From contig JAULAX010000015.1 of the NCBI GenBank assembly GCA_032654565.1, forward strand, positions 896,001 to 960,000: a stretch of DNA of 64,000 nucleotides. Direction: 5' to 3'. A program made the position numbers and the translations under genes. How positions within the stretch are numbered: position 1 is the stretch's first letter; every line of letters begins with the position of its first letter. Positions 42,842-53,564 of this stretch are shown here, one piece after another. Under the pieces are notes generated by a model that was not told where the DNA came from, did no database searches, and saw only the letters and a program-made list of their open reading frames with translations. Source of the stretch: Anaeromyxobacteraceae bacterium (lineage in GTDB: Bacteria; Myxococcota; Myxococcia; Myxococcales; Anaeromyxobacteraceae).

Positions 42842-44026
42842 CTAGCCCGAGAAGGCCTGGATCCCTGTCTGGGCCCGGCCGAGGATCAGGGCGTGGATGT
42901 CGTGGGTGCCCTCGTAGGTGTTCACCGACTCGAGGTTCATGAGGTGGCGGATGACGTGGAACTCGTCGGAGATGCCGTTGCCGCCGTGCATGTCCCGCGC
43001 CTGCCGGGCGATGGTCAGGGCCTTGCCGGCGTTGTTTCGCTTGATGAGCGAGACCATCTCCGGTGTGGCCAGGTGCTGGTCCATGAGCCGCCCGACGCGG
43101 AGGCAGGCCTGAAGGCCCAGGGTGATCTCGGTCTGCATGTCGGCCAGCTTGAGCTGGACCAGCTGGGTGGCGGCCAGTGGCCGGCCGAACTGCTTGCGGT
43201 CGAGGGTGTAGGTCAGGGCGGCGTGCCAGCAGAACTCGGCGGCGCCCATGGCGCCCCAGGCGATGCCGTAGCGGGCCTTGTTGAGGCAGCCGAAGGGGCC
43301 GCGGAGCCCGGCGGCGCCGGGGAGCCGCTGCGACTCCGCCACCGCCACCTCCTCCATGACGATCTCGCCGGTGATGGAGGTGCGCAGGCTGAACTTGCCC
43401 TCGATCTTCGGCGCCGAGAGCCCCGCCATCCCCTTCTCCAGGATGAAGCCGCGGATGACCCCCTCGTCGTCCTTGGCCCAGACGATGAAGACGTCGGCGA
43501 TCGGGGAGTTGGTGATCCACATCTTGGTCCCGTTGAGCACCCAGCCGTCACCGACCCTCCGGGCCCGGCTCCGCATGCTCCCCGGATCCGATCCGGCGTC
43601 GGGCTCGGTGAGGCCGAAGCAGCCCACCAGCTCGCCGCGGGCCAGGGGCGGCAGGTACTTCTGCCGCTGGGCCTCGGTGCCGTAGGCGTGGATGGGGTGC
43701 ATCACCAGGCTGGACTGGACGCTCATGGCGGAGCGGTAGCCGGAGTCGACCCGCTCCACCTCCCGGGCCACCAGGCCATAAGCCACGTGGGAGGCGCCGG
43801 CGCAGCCATACCCCTCGATGGTCGGCCCCAGCATGCCCAGCTCGCCGAGCTCGCGCAGGATCTCGCGGTCGAACTGCTCGCGGCGGTTGGCCTCGAGCAC
43901 CCGGGGCATGAGCCGCTCGCGGCAGTAGTCCCGGGCGCTGTCGCGCACCAGCCGCTCCTCGGGGGTGAGCTGGTCGTCGAGCCGCAGCGGGTCGGCCCAC
44001 TGGAAGGCCGGTTCGGTGGTGCTCAT
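42842..44026 (-). CDS. gcdH: Glutaryl-CoA dehydrogenase
   Basis: [57 protein letters not shown]. Confidence 0.95.
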   Translation of the reverse strand: MSTTEPAFQWADPLRLDDQLTPEERLVRDSARDYCRERLMPRVLEANRREQFDREILRELGELGMLGPTIEGYGCAGASHVAYGLVAREVERVDSGYRSAMSVQSSLVMHPIHAYGTEAQRQKYLPPLARGELVGCFGLTEPDAGSDPGSMRSRARRVGDGWVLNGTKMWITNSPIADVFIVWAKDDEGVIRGFILEKGMAGLSAPKIEGKFSLRTSITGEIVMEEVAVAESQRLPGAAGLRGPFGCLNKARYGIAWGAMGAAEFCWHAALTYTLDRKQFGRPLAATQLVQLKLADMQTEITLGLQACLRVGRLMDQHLATPEMVSLIKRNNAGKALTIARQARDMHGGNGISDEFHVIRHLMNLESVNTYEGTHDIHALILGRAQTGIQAFSG

Positions 44027-44081
44027 GGGACTCTCCGTGGGGTTCCGGCCCGGGATGGTACCGGTTGACGGCCAACGTTGG

Positions 44082-44112
44082 ATTCTGGTACTAGTTTACC
44101 GATTTGTGGTTG
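44082..44112. promoter_or_regulatory. Shared upstream motif, copy 2 (partial)
   Basis: ATTCTGGTACtagTTTACcgatTTGT in the gcdH/had divergent gap. Confidence 0.55.
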
Positions 44113-44138
44113 ACCCCGTCAAGCTGGAGACCAGATCC

Positions 44139-45197
44139 ATGGCACATCGCTGGGTGATGATGGCGGCGGGCGAGCCGATGGCCCAGGCGCCGATGGGGCT
44201 GGAGGCGCCGCCGCCGGGTGGCGTCTGGGTCGAGGTGGCCGGCTGCGGCGTCTGCCACACCGATCTCGGCTTCTTCTACGACGGGGTCCGGACCAACCAC
44301 GCGCTCCCGCTGGCGCTCGGGCACGAGATCAGCGGCCGGGTGGTGGCCGCCGGGCCCGGCGCCGAGCCCTGGCTGGGGCGGGCGGTCATCGTCCCGGCCG
44401 TCATCCCCTGCGGCGAGTGCGACGCCTGCCGGCGCGGCAAGGGGACCATCTGCCCGGCCCAGCAGATGCCCGGGAACGACATCCACGGCGGCTTTGCCAC
44501 CCACGTCGCGGTCCCGGCCCGCGGCCTCTGCGCCGTCGACGAGGCGCGGCTGGGCCGGGCCGGGCTGACCCTGGCCGACGTCTCGGTGGTGGCCGACGCG
44601 GTGACCACCCCGTACCAGGCGGTGGTCCAGGCTGGCGTCGCCGCCGGCACGCTGGCCATCGTCATCGGGGTGGGCGGGGTCGGCTCCTACGCCGCCCAGA
44701 TCGCCCGGGCCTTCGGGGCCACGGTGGTGGCCATCGACGTCGACCAGGCCAAGCTCGATCAGCTGGAGTCCCAGGGTGTGGCCCGCGGCTTCAACCCCCG
44801 GTCGCTCGATCCCAAGGCGCTCAAGAAGGAGATCGCCGAGCACGCCAAGAAGCAGGGGGCCTCGGCGCGCGAGTGGGCCATCTTCGAGTGCTCAGGGACC
44901 GCCGCCGGCCAGCTCACCGCCTGGGGGCTGCTGGTCCACGGGGCCACCCTGGCGGTGGTGGGGTTCACCCTCGACAAGACCGAGCTGCGGCTCTCCAACC
45001 TGATGGCCTTCCACGCCCGGGCCCTGGGGAACTGGGGCTGCGCGCCCGAGTTCTACCCGGCCGCCCTCGACCTGGTCCTCGACGGCAAGGTCCAGCTCGC
45101 CCCGTACGTGGAGCGCCATCCCCTGGCCGAGGCCAACGCGGTCTTCGCCCTGGCCCACCAGAAGAAGCTCTCGCGCCGCGCCATCCTCATCCCCTGA
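44139..45197 (+). CDS. had: 6-hydroxycyclohex-1-ene-1-carbonyl-CoA dehydrogenase
   Basis: Zn-ADH motifs GVCHTD, GHE, CGECDAC...[18 protein letters not shown]; adjacent to oah. Confidence 0.92.
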   Translation: MAHRWVMMAAGEPMAQAPMGLEAPPPGGVWVEVAGCGVCHTDLGFFYDGVRTNHALPLALGHEISGRVVAAGPGAEPWLGRAVIVPAVIPCGECDACRRGKGTICPAQQMPGNDIHGGFATHVAVPARGLCAVDEARLGRAGLTLADVSVVADAVTTPYQAVVQAGVAAGTLAIVIGVGGVGSYAAQIARAFGATVVAIDVDQAKLDQLESQGVARGFNPRSLDPKALKKEIAEHAKKQGASAREWAIFECSGTAAGQLTAWGLLVHGATLAVVGFTLDKTELRLSNLMAFHARALGNWGCAPEFYPAALDLVLDGKVQLAPYVERHPLAEANAVFALAHQKKLSRRAILIP

Positions 45198-45214
45198 ACG
45201 CCCGGAGACCCGCC

Positions 45215-46360
45215 ATGTCGAAGAGGACGGAAGACGTGATTCGCGCCACCGCGCCGGCCCAGACCAAGGATCACCAGCTGGCGCCCGTGCCGGCCGGCGT
45301 CGGCGTCCGCCTCGAGAAGCGCCCGGCCCGCCGCCCCGACGGGACCGAGGCCGCCGGGCTCTTCAACGCCTGGATCACCCTCGACAACCCGACCCAGTTC
45401 AACTCCTACACCACCGACATGGTCAAGGCCGTCATCCTGGCCTTCGGCGCCGCCTCCAGCGCCCGCGACGTGGTGACGGTGGTCTTCACCGGCGCCGGGG
45501 ACAAGGCCTTCTGCACCGGCGGCAACACCAAGGAGTACGCCGAGTACTACGCCGGGAATCCCCAGGAGTACCGGCAGTACATGCGGCTCTTCAACGACAT
45601 GGTCAGCGCCATCCTCGGCTGCGACAAGCCTGTCATCTGCCGGGTCAACGGCATGCGCATCGGTGGCGGCCAGGAGATCGGCATGGCCTGCGACTTCTCG
45701 GTGGCCCAGGACCTGGCCCGCTTCGGTCAGGCCGGCCCCAAGCACGGCTCGGCGCCCATCGGCGGCGCCACCGACTTCCTCCCGGTGCTCCTCGGAGGCG
45801 AGCGGGCCATGGAGACCGGCCTGCTCTGCGAGCCCTGGTCGGCCCACCGCGCCTACCGGGAGGGGATGATCACCGACGTGGTCCCGGCCCTCAAGGTGGA
45901 CGGGAAGTTCGTGGCCAACCCGCTGGTCTGGACCGACCGGCTCTTCGACGAGTACGGCCGCTTCCTCCACGGCGAGCCCAAGTCCGGCCCGGCCCTGGCG
46001 GAGGGCAAGGCGCTGGTGAAGCGCGGCGTGGTGGACCTGGCCATGCTCGACGAGCGGGTGGAGCAGCTCTGCGCCAAGCTCCTCCTCACCTTCCCCGACT
46101 GCACCACCAAGACCATCGAGGAGCTGCGCAAGCCCAAGCTGCAGGCCTGGACCGCCAACAAGGAGAACTCTCGCGCCTGGCTGGCCCTCAACATGATGAC
46201 CGAGGCCCGCACCGGCTTCAGGGCCTTCAACGAGGGGACCAAGGACGACCGCGAGGCCGACTTCGTGGCCCTCCGCCAGGCCCTGGCCCGCGCCACCCCC
46301 TGGAGCCCCGAGCTGGTGGAGAGCCTGCTCCCCGCGGCCCGGGCGGACGGAGGCCGGTGA
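45215..46360 (+). CDS. oah: 6-oxocyclohex-1-ene-1-carbonyl-CoA hydrolase (ring opening)
   Basis: NSYTTDMVK, FCTGGNTKEYAEYYAG, FGQAGPKHGSAP, SRAWLALNM. Confidence 0.95.
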   Translation: MSKRTEDVIRATAPAQTKDHQLAPVPAGVGVRLEKRPARRPDGTEAAGLFNAWITLDNPTQFNSYTTDMVKAVILAFGAASSARDVVTVVFTGAGDKAFCTGGNTKEYAEYYAGNPQEYRQYMRLFNDMVSAILGCDKPVICRVNGMRIGGGQEIGMACDFSVAQDLARFGQAGPKHGSAPIGGATDFLPVLLGGERAMETGLLCEPWSAHRAYREGMITDVVPALKVDGKFVANPLVWTDRLFDEYGRFLHGEPKSGPALAEGKALVKRGVVDLAMLDERVEQLCAKLLLTFPDCTTKTIEELRKPKLQAWTANKENSRAWLALNMMTEARTGFRAFNEGTKDDREADFVALRQALARATPWSPELVESLLPAARADGGR

Positions 46361-47142
46361 TGGGCGCCGGCGCCCCCGCAAGGGCCTGGCGCGAGCGCGA
46401 CGGCCGGCTGCTCCGCATCCGGCTGGAGCGGCCCAAGGCCAACGTCCTCGACGCGGCCATGATCGCGGCCCTCGACGCCGCCTTCGCCGAGGCCGGGGCC
46501 ACCGCGGCGGCGCCGGCGTTGCGGGGCATCCTCCTCGACGCCGAGGGGCCACACTTCAGCTTCGGCGCCAGCGTCGAGGAGCACCTCCCGGCCACCTGCG
46601 GGGCCATGCTCCGCGGCTTCCACGCGCTCCTGCTGCGGATGCTGGCGCTGCCGGTCCCCATCCTGGTGGCGGTCAAGGGCCAGTGCCTGGGGGGCGGCCT
46701 GGAGCTGGCCAGCGCCGCGCACCTGATCTTCGTCGCCCCGGAGGCCAAGCTGGGCCAGCCGGAGATCGTCCTCGGGGTCTTCGCCCCGGCCGCCTCCTGC
46801 CTGCTCCCCGAGCGCATCGGCCCGGCCGCCGCCGACGACCTGCTCCTCTCCGGCCGCGCCATCGACGGGACCGAGGCCCATCGGCTGGGGCTGGCCTGCG
46901 CCGTCGCCGCCGACCCCGAGGCGGCCGCGCTGGCCTGGTTCGACGCCCACCTGGCCGGCCGCTCCGCGGCCTCGCTCGGCCTCGCCATCCGCGCCTCCCG
47001 GCTGGGGCTAGCCGAGCGGGTCGGCGCCAAGCTGTCGGCTCTCGAGACCCTCTACCTCGACGACCTGATGTCGCGCCGCGATCCGGTCGAGGGGCTCACC
47101 GCCTTCCTGGAAAAGCGGCCGGCACGCTGGGAGGACCGCTAG
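46360..47142 (+). CDS. dch: Cyclohexa-1,5-diene-1-carbonyl-CoA hydratase
   Basis: PKANVLD, HFSFGASVEEH, CLGGGLE, GQPEIVLGVFAP. Confidence 0.92.
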   Translation: MGAGAPARAWRERDGRLLRIRLERPKANVLDAAMIAALDAAFAEAGATAAAPALRGILLDAEGPHFSFGASVEEHLPATCGAMLRGFHALLLRMLALPVPILVAVKGQCLGGGLELASAAHLIFVAPEAKLGQPEIVLGVFAPAASCLLPERIGPAAADDLLLSGRAIDGTEAHRLGLACAVAADPEAAALAWFDAHLAGRSAASLGLAIRASRLGLAERVGAKLSALETLYLDDLMSRRDPVEGLTAFLEKRPARWEDR

Positions 47143-47156
47143 TGCCCGGAGCCGCC

Positions 47157-48335
47157 ATGCCGCCCACCCCCAGCACCGCCGCCCTGGTGGCGCGCTGCCA
47201 GGCCCTCTTCGACGACATCTCCTTCGCCTCGGCGCGCCAGTGGAAGGCCGCGGCGCCGGGCCGGAAGGTGATCGCCTACATGCCCATCTACGTGCCGCTG
47301 GAGCTGATCCACGCGGCCGGGATGCTGCCGCTGGGGATCCTCGGCGCCGGCGAGAGCCTCGAGGTCATCCACGGGGACGCCTACTACCAGAGCTACATCT
47401 GCAGGATCCCGCGCTCCACGCTCGACCTCGGCATCACCGGCCGCCTCGACTTCGTCGACGGGTTCCTCTTCCCCTCCATCTGCGACGTCATCCGCAACCT
47501 CTCCGGAATCTGGAAGATCCTCTTCCCCAACATCTTCGTCCGCTACTTCGACGTGCCCCAGAACTTCGACCCGGAGGTGGGCGGCATCTTCTACCGGCAG
47601 GAGCTCGAGTCGCTCCGCGAAGGGCTGGCCCGCGTGGCCGGGCGCCCCATCACCGACGAGGCGCTGCAGGCCTCGTTCGCCCTCTACAACCGGAACCGGC
47701 GGCTGGTCCGCGAGCTCTACGCCTACCGCGCCGAGGCCCCCTGGCGGGCCCCGGCCTCAGAGATGTACCTGGTGCTGCGGGCCGGGATGGTGCTCCCGGT
47801 CGAGGAGCACAACCAGCTCCTCGCCGACTACCTGGCCGCCGCCCGGGCCGAGAGCCGGCCGCGCCGCGACAACTGCCGCATCGTGCTCAGCGGCGTCTTC
47901 TGCGAGCAGCCTCCGCTCAGCCTGATCAAGGCCATCGAGATGTCGGGCTGCTACATCGTCGATGACGACTTCATGCTGGTGAACCGCTGGCTCCTCGAGG
48001 ACCTCCCGGTCAGCGGGGATCCCATCGCCGCCTTGTCGACCGCCTTCCTCAGCGGCTCGACCGAGACCGGGGCCAAGTACCAGCCACGCCAGGAGCTCAA
48101 GGGCCGCTACATCCTCGACGCGGTGAAGTCCCACCGGGCCGAGGGCGTCATCTTCGCCGCCCCCAGCTTCTGCGACCCGGCGCTGCTGGAGCGGCCCATG
48201 CTCGAGGCGGTCCTGGATCGCGTCGACGTCCCCCACATCGGCTTCAAGTACGCCGAGAACTCGGCGCAGATGCAGCCGGTGCGTGAGCAGGCCGGCACCT
48301 TCGCCGACTCGATCAAGCTCTGGAGCGCACCATGA
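47157..48335 (+). CDS. bcrC: Benzoyl-CoA reductase subunit C
   Basis: GDAYYQSYICRIPRS, SICDVIRNLSG, PSFCDPALL, AGTFADSIKLWS. Confidence 0.93.
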   Translation: MPPTPSTAALVARCQALFDDISFASARQWKAAAPGRKVIAYMPIYVPLELIHAAGMLPLGILGAGESLEVIHGDAYYQSYICRIPRSTLDLGITGRLDFVDGFLFPSICDVIRNLSGIWKILFPNIFVRYFDVPQNFDPEVGGIFYRQELESLREGLARVAGRPITDEALQASFALYNRNRRLVRELYAYRAEAPWRAPASEMYLVLRAGMVLPVEEHNQLLADYLAAARAESRPRRDNCRIVLSGVFCEQPPLSLIKAIEMSGCYIVDDDFMLVNRWLLEDLPVSGDPIAALSTAFLSGSTETGAKYQPRQELKGRYILDAVKSHRAEGVIFAAPSFCDPALLERPMLEAVLDRVDVPHIGFKYAENSAQMQPVREQAGTFADSIKLWSAP

Positions 48336-49651
48336 CCACCCGGCCACCGTCCCTTCGCGCGCCGCCTCCGGCCCGGGAGGTCATCAAGGAAGCGTCGATG
48401 GTGAAGCAGAAGGAGATGATCGCGCGGAACTACGATCTCCTCACCAGCACCGCCGAGCACGGCCGCAAGGTGGCCTCGACCTTCGTCCCGGGCAACCTCA
48501 ACGAGCTGATCATGTGCTTCGACATGCTCAACAACCTGCCGGAGATCAATGCCATCCAGAACGGGATGCGCAAGGTCTCCGGGGACTACATCGCCGAGGC
48601 GGAGAAGCGCGGCCACTCCGAGGACGTCTGCACCTACGTGAAGGCCGACCTGGGGATGATCGCCAAGGGCAACGTCTCGCCCAACGGGAAGCCGCTGCCG
48701 CGCCCCGACCTGCTGCTCCTCTCCTACACCGGCTGCTTCACCTTCATGAAGTGGTTCGAGCTCCTCCGCGAGGAGTACAAGTGCCCCACCGTCATGCTCC
48801 ACGTGCCCTACCAGGGGGACGGTGAGACCACCAGGAACATGCGGGACTACATCGTCAAGCAGCTCCGCCAGGAGGTCATCCCCGCCCTGGAGCGCGTCTC
48901 CGGCGTGAAGTTCGACATCGACCGGCTCCGCGGGTACCTGCGCGAGTCGGCCCGCGCCGAGGACGATCTGGTCTGGGTGCTGGAGAGCGCCAAGACCAGG
49001 CCGGCCCCCATCGACGCCTACTTCGGCGGCGTCTACTACATCGGCCCCATCTTCACCGCCTTCCGCGGCACCCCCGACGCCACCGAGTACTACCGGCTGC
49101 TCCGCTCCGAGATCGAGGAGCGCATCCGGCTCGGGCTCGGGCCCATCACGCCCGAGGGGGACATGAAGAGCCAGAAGTACCGGCTGGTCGTCGAGGGGCC
49201 GCCCAACTGGACCAGCTTCCGCGAGTTCTGGAAGATGTTCTACGACGACGGCGCGGTGGTGGTGGCCTCCAGCTACACCAAGGTGGGCGGCACCTACGAT
49301 CTCGGCTTCCGCCACGACCCCGACCATCCCCTGGAGTCGCTGGCCGACTACTGCATGGGGGTCTACACCAACCGCAACCTGCCGCAGCGCATCGACCTCC
49401 TCGAGAAGTACATGGACGAGTACCAGGCCGATGGGCTGCTCATCAACTCCATCAAGAGCTGCAACAGCTTCTCGGCCGGGCAGCTCATGATCATGCGCGA
49501 GGTCGAGAAGCGCACCGGAAAGCCGGCCGCCTTCATCGAGACCGACCTGGTCGACCCCCGCTACTTCTCGGCGGCCAACGTCAAGAACCGCCTCGAGAGC
49601 TACTTCCAGATGATCGACCAGAAGCGCGGCAGCGCCCCGTCCGCGGCCTGA
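48332..49651 (+). CDS. bcrB: Benzoyl-CoA reductase subunit B
   Basis: [46 protein letters not shown]. Confidence 0.95.
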   Translation: MTTRPPSLRAPPPAREVIKEASMVKQKEMIARNYDLLTSTAEHGRKVASTFVPGNLNELIMCFDMLNNLPEINAIQNGMRKVSGDYIAEAEKRGHSEDVCTYVKADLGMIAKGNVSPNGKPLPRPDLLLLSYTGCFTFMKWFELLREEYKCPTVMLHVPYQGDGETTRNMRDYIVKQLRQEVIPALERVSGVKFDIDRLRGYLRESARAEDDLVWVLESAKTRPAPIDAYFGGVYYIGPIFTAFRGTPDATEYYRLLRSEIEERIRLGLGPITPEGDMKSQKYRLVVEGPPNWTSFREFWKMFYDDGAVVVASSYTKVGGTYDLGFRHDPDHPLESLADYCMGVYTNRNLPQRIDLLEKYMDEYQADGLLINSIKSCNSFSAGQLMIMREVEKRTGKPAAFIETDLVDPRYFSAANVKNRLESYFQMIDQKRGSAPSAA

Positions 49652-49670
49652 GCGGAGGCGGAGGACGTCC

Positions 49671-51002
49671 ATGAAGTGCTACATCGGCATCGATCTCGGC
49701 TCGACCACCACCAAGTCGGTGGTGGTCGACGAGCAGGCCCAGGTGCTGGGGCGCGGCATCACCAACTCACGCTCCAACTACGACACCGCGGCGGCGGTCT
49801 CCAAGCAGGAGGCCTTCGTGGCCGCCCGCTTCACGCTCTTCCGGCGGGCCCTCTCCGCCGCCCCGGCCCTGACCGGCCGGGTCGACGGGCTCCTGGCCGA
49901 CCTGGAGCGCCACTTCCGGCTGGTCCAGTTCCGGGCCCAGCTGCGCGACCTGGAGGAGACCTGCCTGCGCAACTGCGGGAGCCTGCGCTTCGCCGGGCAG
50001 GAGCGGGCCCTGGCCGAGGCGCTGGGCGCGGTCTTCCGCGACCTCCGCCAGGCGTCGACCGCGCTCTTCGCCCCCGGGGCTCGCCGCCGCTCCGACTTCT
50101 TCCGTGACCTGGCCGGCTCGGGGTTCATGGCGGCCGCCGAGCCCATCTGCAAGGCGGCCGGGCTGTCCTTCGACCTCATGCTCAACGTCTACGACAAGTC
50201 GATCATCGAGGTGGAGAACCGCAAGGGCGAGGAGGGGATGGAGGGGAAGTTCCTCGAAGCGCTCGACAGCGTCCTGCGCGCCCGCACCGCCGGCGGGGCC
50301 GAGGCCGGTCCGCCGCTCGGCGCCGAGGAGGTCGTCGGTCCGGTGCGGGCCGCCCTGCAGATCCCGCTCGAGGAGGTCTACGTGGTCGGGACCGGCTACG
50401 GCCGGGTCCGCCTCCCCTTTCCCAAGGAGCACATCCGCTCCGAGATCCTCTGCCACGGGCTCGGCGCCCACCTCATGCACCAGGGGACGCGCACCGTCCT
50501 CGACATCGGCGGCCAGGACACCAAGGCCATCCAGGTCGACGCCAACGGCATCGTCGAGAACTTCCAGATGAACGACCGCTGCGCCGCCGGCACCGGACGC
50601 TACCTGGGATACGTGGCCGACGAGATGCAGATGGGGCTCCACGAGCTCGGCCCCATGGCGCTCCTGGCCACCAAGACCCTGCGCATCAACTCGACCTGCA
50701 CCGTCTTCGCCGGCGCCGAGCTCCGCGACCGGCTGGCGCTGGGCGACAAGCGAGAGGACATCCTGGCCGGGCTCCACCGCGCCATCATCCTCAGGGCCAT
50801 GTCGATCATCTCCCGCTCCGGCGGGATCCGCGACCAGTTCACCTTCACCGGCGGCGTCGCCAAGAACGAGGCGGCGGTGCGCGAGCTCCGCAACCTGGTG
50901 AAGGAGAACTACGGCGACGTCACCATCAACATCAACCCGGACTCGATCTACACCGGGGCGCTGGGGGCGGCGGCCTTCGCCCGCCGCGGCGCCACGGCGT
51001 GA
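49671..51002 (+). CDS. bcrA: Benzoyl-CoA reductase subunit A (ATPase)
   Basis: [10 protein letters not shown], long insert, [22 protein letters not shown]. Confidence 0.95.
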   Translation: MKCYIGIDLGSTTTKSVVVDEQAQVLGRGITNSRSNYDTAAAVSKQEAFVAARFTLFRRALSAAPALTGRVDGLLADLERHFRLVQFRAQLRDLEETCLRNCGSLRFAGQERALAEALGAVFRDLRQASTALFAPGARRRSDFFRDLAGSGFMAAAEPICKAAGLSFDLMLNVYDKSIIEVENRKGEEGMEGKFLEALDSVLRARTAGGAEAGPPLGAEEVVGPVRAALQIPLEEVYVVGTGYGRVRLPFPKEHIRSEILCHGLGAHLMHQGTRTVLDIGGQDTKAIQVDANGIVENFQMNDRCAAGTGRYLGYVADEMQMGLHELGPMALLATKTLRINSTCTVFAGAELRDRLALGDKREDILAGLHRAIILRAMSIISRSGGIRDQFTFTGGVAKNEAAVRELRNLVKENYGDVTININPDSIYTGALGAAAFARRGATA

Positions 51003-51019
51003 GCGGGCAAGGAGCCGAG

Positions 51020-51862
51020 ATGGTCCTCACTGCGGGCATCGACGTGGGCACCGGCTGCGTCAAGGTGGCGCTCTTCGAGACCAGCGGCGGCACCTCGCGC
51101 TGGCTCGGCCGCCGCGTCGACCGGATCCGACAGCGCGATCCCTACGCGCTGGCCGGGGAGGCCTATGACGCCGTCCTCAAGGAGGCCGGGCTGGGGCGCG
51201 GCGACCTGGCCTACGTCGCCACCACTGGCGACGGGGAGAGCATCTCCTTCGCTACCGGCCACTTCTACTCCATGACCACCCACGCTCGCGGGGCCATCCA
51301 CCTCGACCCCTCGACCCGGCTGGTCCTCGACGTCGGGGCGCTCCATGGCCGGGCCATCCGCACCGACGCCCGCGGCAAGGTGCTCTCCTACAAGATGACC
51401 AGCCAGTGCGCCTCGGGCTCGGGGCAGTTCCTGGAGAACATCGCCCGCTACCTGGGGATCGCCCAGGACGAGATCGGCACGCTCTCGCTCCAGGGCACCG
51501 CCCCGGAGAAGGTCTCCTCCATCTGCGCCGTGCTGGCCGAGACCGACGTCATCAACATGGTCTCCCGGGGCATCTCGGCGGCCAACATCCTCAAGGGGAT
51601 CCACGTCTCCATGGCCCAGCGGCTGGCGGCGCTGGTCCGTGGCATCGGCGCGCTGGAGGGGACGGTCCTGGTCACCGGCGGCCTGGGGCTGGATGCCGGG
51701 CTGGTGGTCGCCATCCAGGAGGCCGCCGTCGAGGCCCAGCTGCCGGTCCAGGTGAGGAGCCACCCCGACGCCATCTACGCCGGGGCCATCGGCGCCGCCC
51801 TCTGGGGCGTCTTCCGTCACCAGAAGCTCACGGCCACGCCTGCGGCCGCGCTGGCCTCCTAG
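51020..51862 (+). CDS. bcrD: Benzoyl-CoA reductase subunit D (ATPase); GTG at 50999 is an alternative start
   Basis: GHFYSMTTHARG, MTSQCASGSGQFLEN, SICAVLAETD. Confidence 0.95.
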   Translation: MVLTAGIDVGTGCVKVALFETSGGTSRWLGRRVDRIRQRDPYALAGEAYDAVLKEAGLGRGDLAYVATTGDGESISFATGHFYSMTTHARGAIHLDPSTRLVLDVGALHGRAIRTDARGKVLSYKMTSQCASGSGQFLENIARYLGIAQDEIGTLSLQGTAPEKVSSICAVLAETDVINMVSRGISAANILKGIHVSMAQRLAALVRGIGALEGTVLVTGGLGLDAGLVVAIQEAAVEAQLPVQVRSHPDAIYAGAIGAALWGVFRHQKLTATPAAALAS

Positions 51863-51874
51863 GGGGACCATCGA

Positions 51875-52813
51875 ATGACCGGCCAAGCGACGACGCGCGC
51901 CCTGGTGGCCTCGGACCTCGAGGCGGTGGTGGCCATCGACCGCGAGCGAGGCGGGCGCGCCCGGGGCGAGTTCTATGCCCGCCGCATCCGCAGCCTGGTG
52001 GAGGATCCGCTGTGCGGGGTGGCGGCGGTGGCTGAGCGCGGCGGGAAGGTGGCCGGCTTCGCCTTCGCCCGCCTCCTCGACGGTGAGTTCGGCGGGCAGG
52101 CGCCGGTGGGGGTCCTCGACGCCATCGGCGTGAACACCGGGTCACTCCACCAGGGCGTGGCCACCGACGTGCTCCAGGCCCTGAGCCGCGCGCTGCTGGC
52201 CCGCGGCGCCCGCGAGCTGAGGACCCAGGTGGAGTGGACCGACCACGGGCTGGCCGCCTTCTTCGCCCGCGCCGGGTTCCGGCTGGCCCCGCGGCTGGTC
52301 CTGGAGAGGACCCTGGAGCGGCTGGCCGACCAGGACACCGCGGGCGAGGAGCTGCCGGTCCGCTCCATGACCGAGAAGGACCTGCGCGCCATCGTCCGGC
52401 TCGACCGCAAGGTGACCCGGCGCGACCGCTCCGACTACTACGCCCGAAAGCTGACCGAGGCGATGCGCAGCTCCGCCATCCGCATGGGGCTGGTCGCCGA
52501 GCACGGCGGGCGGCTCACCGGCTTCCTCATGGCCCGGGTCGAGTTCGGCGAGTTTGGCAGCGCCGAGCCCACCGCCGTCCTCGACACCGTGGCCGTCGAT
52601 CCGGACGACCGCAACGAGGGGATCGGCCGGGCCCTGCTCGAGCAGCTCCTCCTCAACCTCGAGGGGCTGCGGGCCGAGCGGGTGGTCACCGAGGCCGACT
52701 GGCGGGAGATCCCGCTGCTGGCCTTCCTGGCCAGGAACGGCTTCACCAGCTCGCAGCGGCTGGCCTTCACCAGGCCCATAAGCGCCGACGCCGGCCCCAG
52801 GGCCGAACCGTGA
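51875..52813 (+). CDS. Tandem double-GNAT protein
   Basis: Two repeats of R..DL..VV.ID / GEFG / LD.I.V, similar to the GNAT at 40570. Confidence 0.8.
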   Translation: MTGQATTRALVASDLEAVVAIDRERGGRARGEFYARRIRSLVEDPLCGVAAVAERGGKVAGFAFARLLDGEFGGQAPVGVLDAIGVNTGSLHQGVATDVLQALSRALLARGARELRTQVEWTDHGLAAFFARAGFRLAPRLVLERTLERLADQDTAGEELPVRSMTEKDLRAIVRLDRKVTRRDRSDYYARKLTEAMRSSAIRMGLVAEHGGRLTGFLMARVEFGEFGSAEPTAVLDTVAVDPDDRNEGIGRALLEQLLLNLEGLRAERVVTEADWREIPLLAFLARNGFTSSQRLAFTRPISADAGPRAEP

Positions 52814-53538
52814 CCGATCCCACCGCCACGGTCACGGACCGGTTCGAAGGGCGCTGCGCCCTGGTCACCGGCGGCGCCCGGGGCATCGGCCGGGGCATCG
52901 CCGAGCGGCTGGCCCGGCTCGGCGCCGAGGTCCACGTCCTCGACCGCGAGCCCGGGGGCGGCGGCGACCGGGTCCATCAGCACCAGGTCGACATCACCGA
53001 CAGCCGGGCGGTGGAGGCCGTGGTCGGGGCGCTGCCGAGCCCGCCGCTGCTCCTGGTCAACAACGCCGGGATCACCCGCGACCGCAGCCTCCTCAAGATG
53101 AGCGACGACGAGTGGACCTCGGTGATCGACGTGAACCTCACCGGGGCCTTCCACGTCCTGCGAGCGGTCGCCCCGGGGATGGTGGCGGCCGGCTACGGCC
53201 GCATCGTCAACGTGGTCTCGATCAACGGGCTGCGGGGCAAGTTCGGACAGGCCAACTACAGCGCCTCGAAGGCCGGGCTGGTCGGGCTCACCAAGACCGC
53301 CGCCCGGGAGCTGGGGCCGAAGGGGATCACCGTCAACGCCGTGGCCCCGGGGATGGTCCTCACCGAGATGACCCTGGCCCTGGCCGAGGAGCACCGGCGC
53401 CGGGCCCTCGATGAGACCCTGCTCAAGCGCCTCCCCGAGGTGGAGGACGTGGCCGCGGCGGTCCTCTTCCTGCTCTCGGACCAGGCCCGCATGGTCACCG
53501 GCGAGGTGATCCGCGTCGACGCCGGGCAGTACATCTGA
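52810..53538 (+). CDS. Short-chain dehydrogenase (FabG/PhaB-like 3-oxoacyl reductase)
   Basis: TGGARGIG, NNAGITRD, YSASK, NAVAPG. Confidence 0.9.
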   Translation: MTDPTATVTDRFEGRCALVTGGARGIGRGIAERLARLGAEVHVLDREPGGGGDRVHQHQVDITDSRAVEAVVGALPSPPLLLVNNAGITRDRSLLKMSDDEWTSVIDVNLTGAFHVLRAVAPGMVAAGYGRIVNVVSINGLRGKFGQANYSASKAGLVGLTKTAARELGPKGITVNAVAPGMVLTEMTLALAEEHRRRALDETLLKRLPEVEDVAAAVLFLLSDQARMVTGEVIRVDAGQYI

Positions 53539-53564
53539 CCCGGACCCGGCCCCCGACCCGGGAG

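Noticed and set aside
44110..44122. TTGACCCCGTCAA as an FNR/AadR box
   Set aside because: Spacing is TTGA-N5-TCAA, one base short of the canonical N6, and it is a single occurrence.
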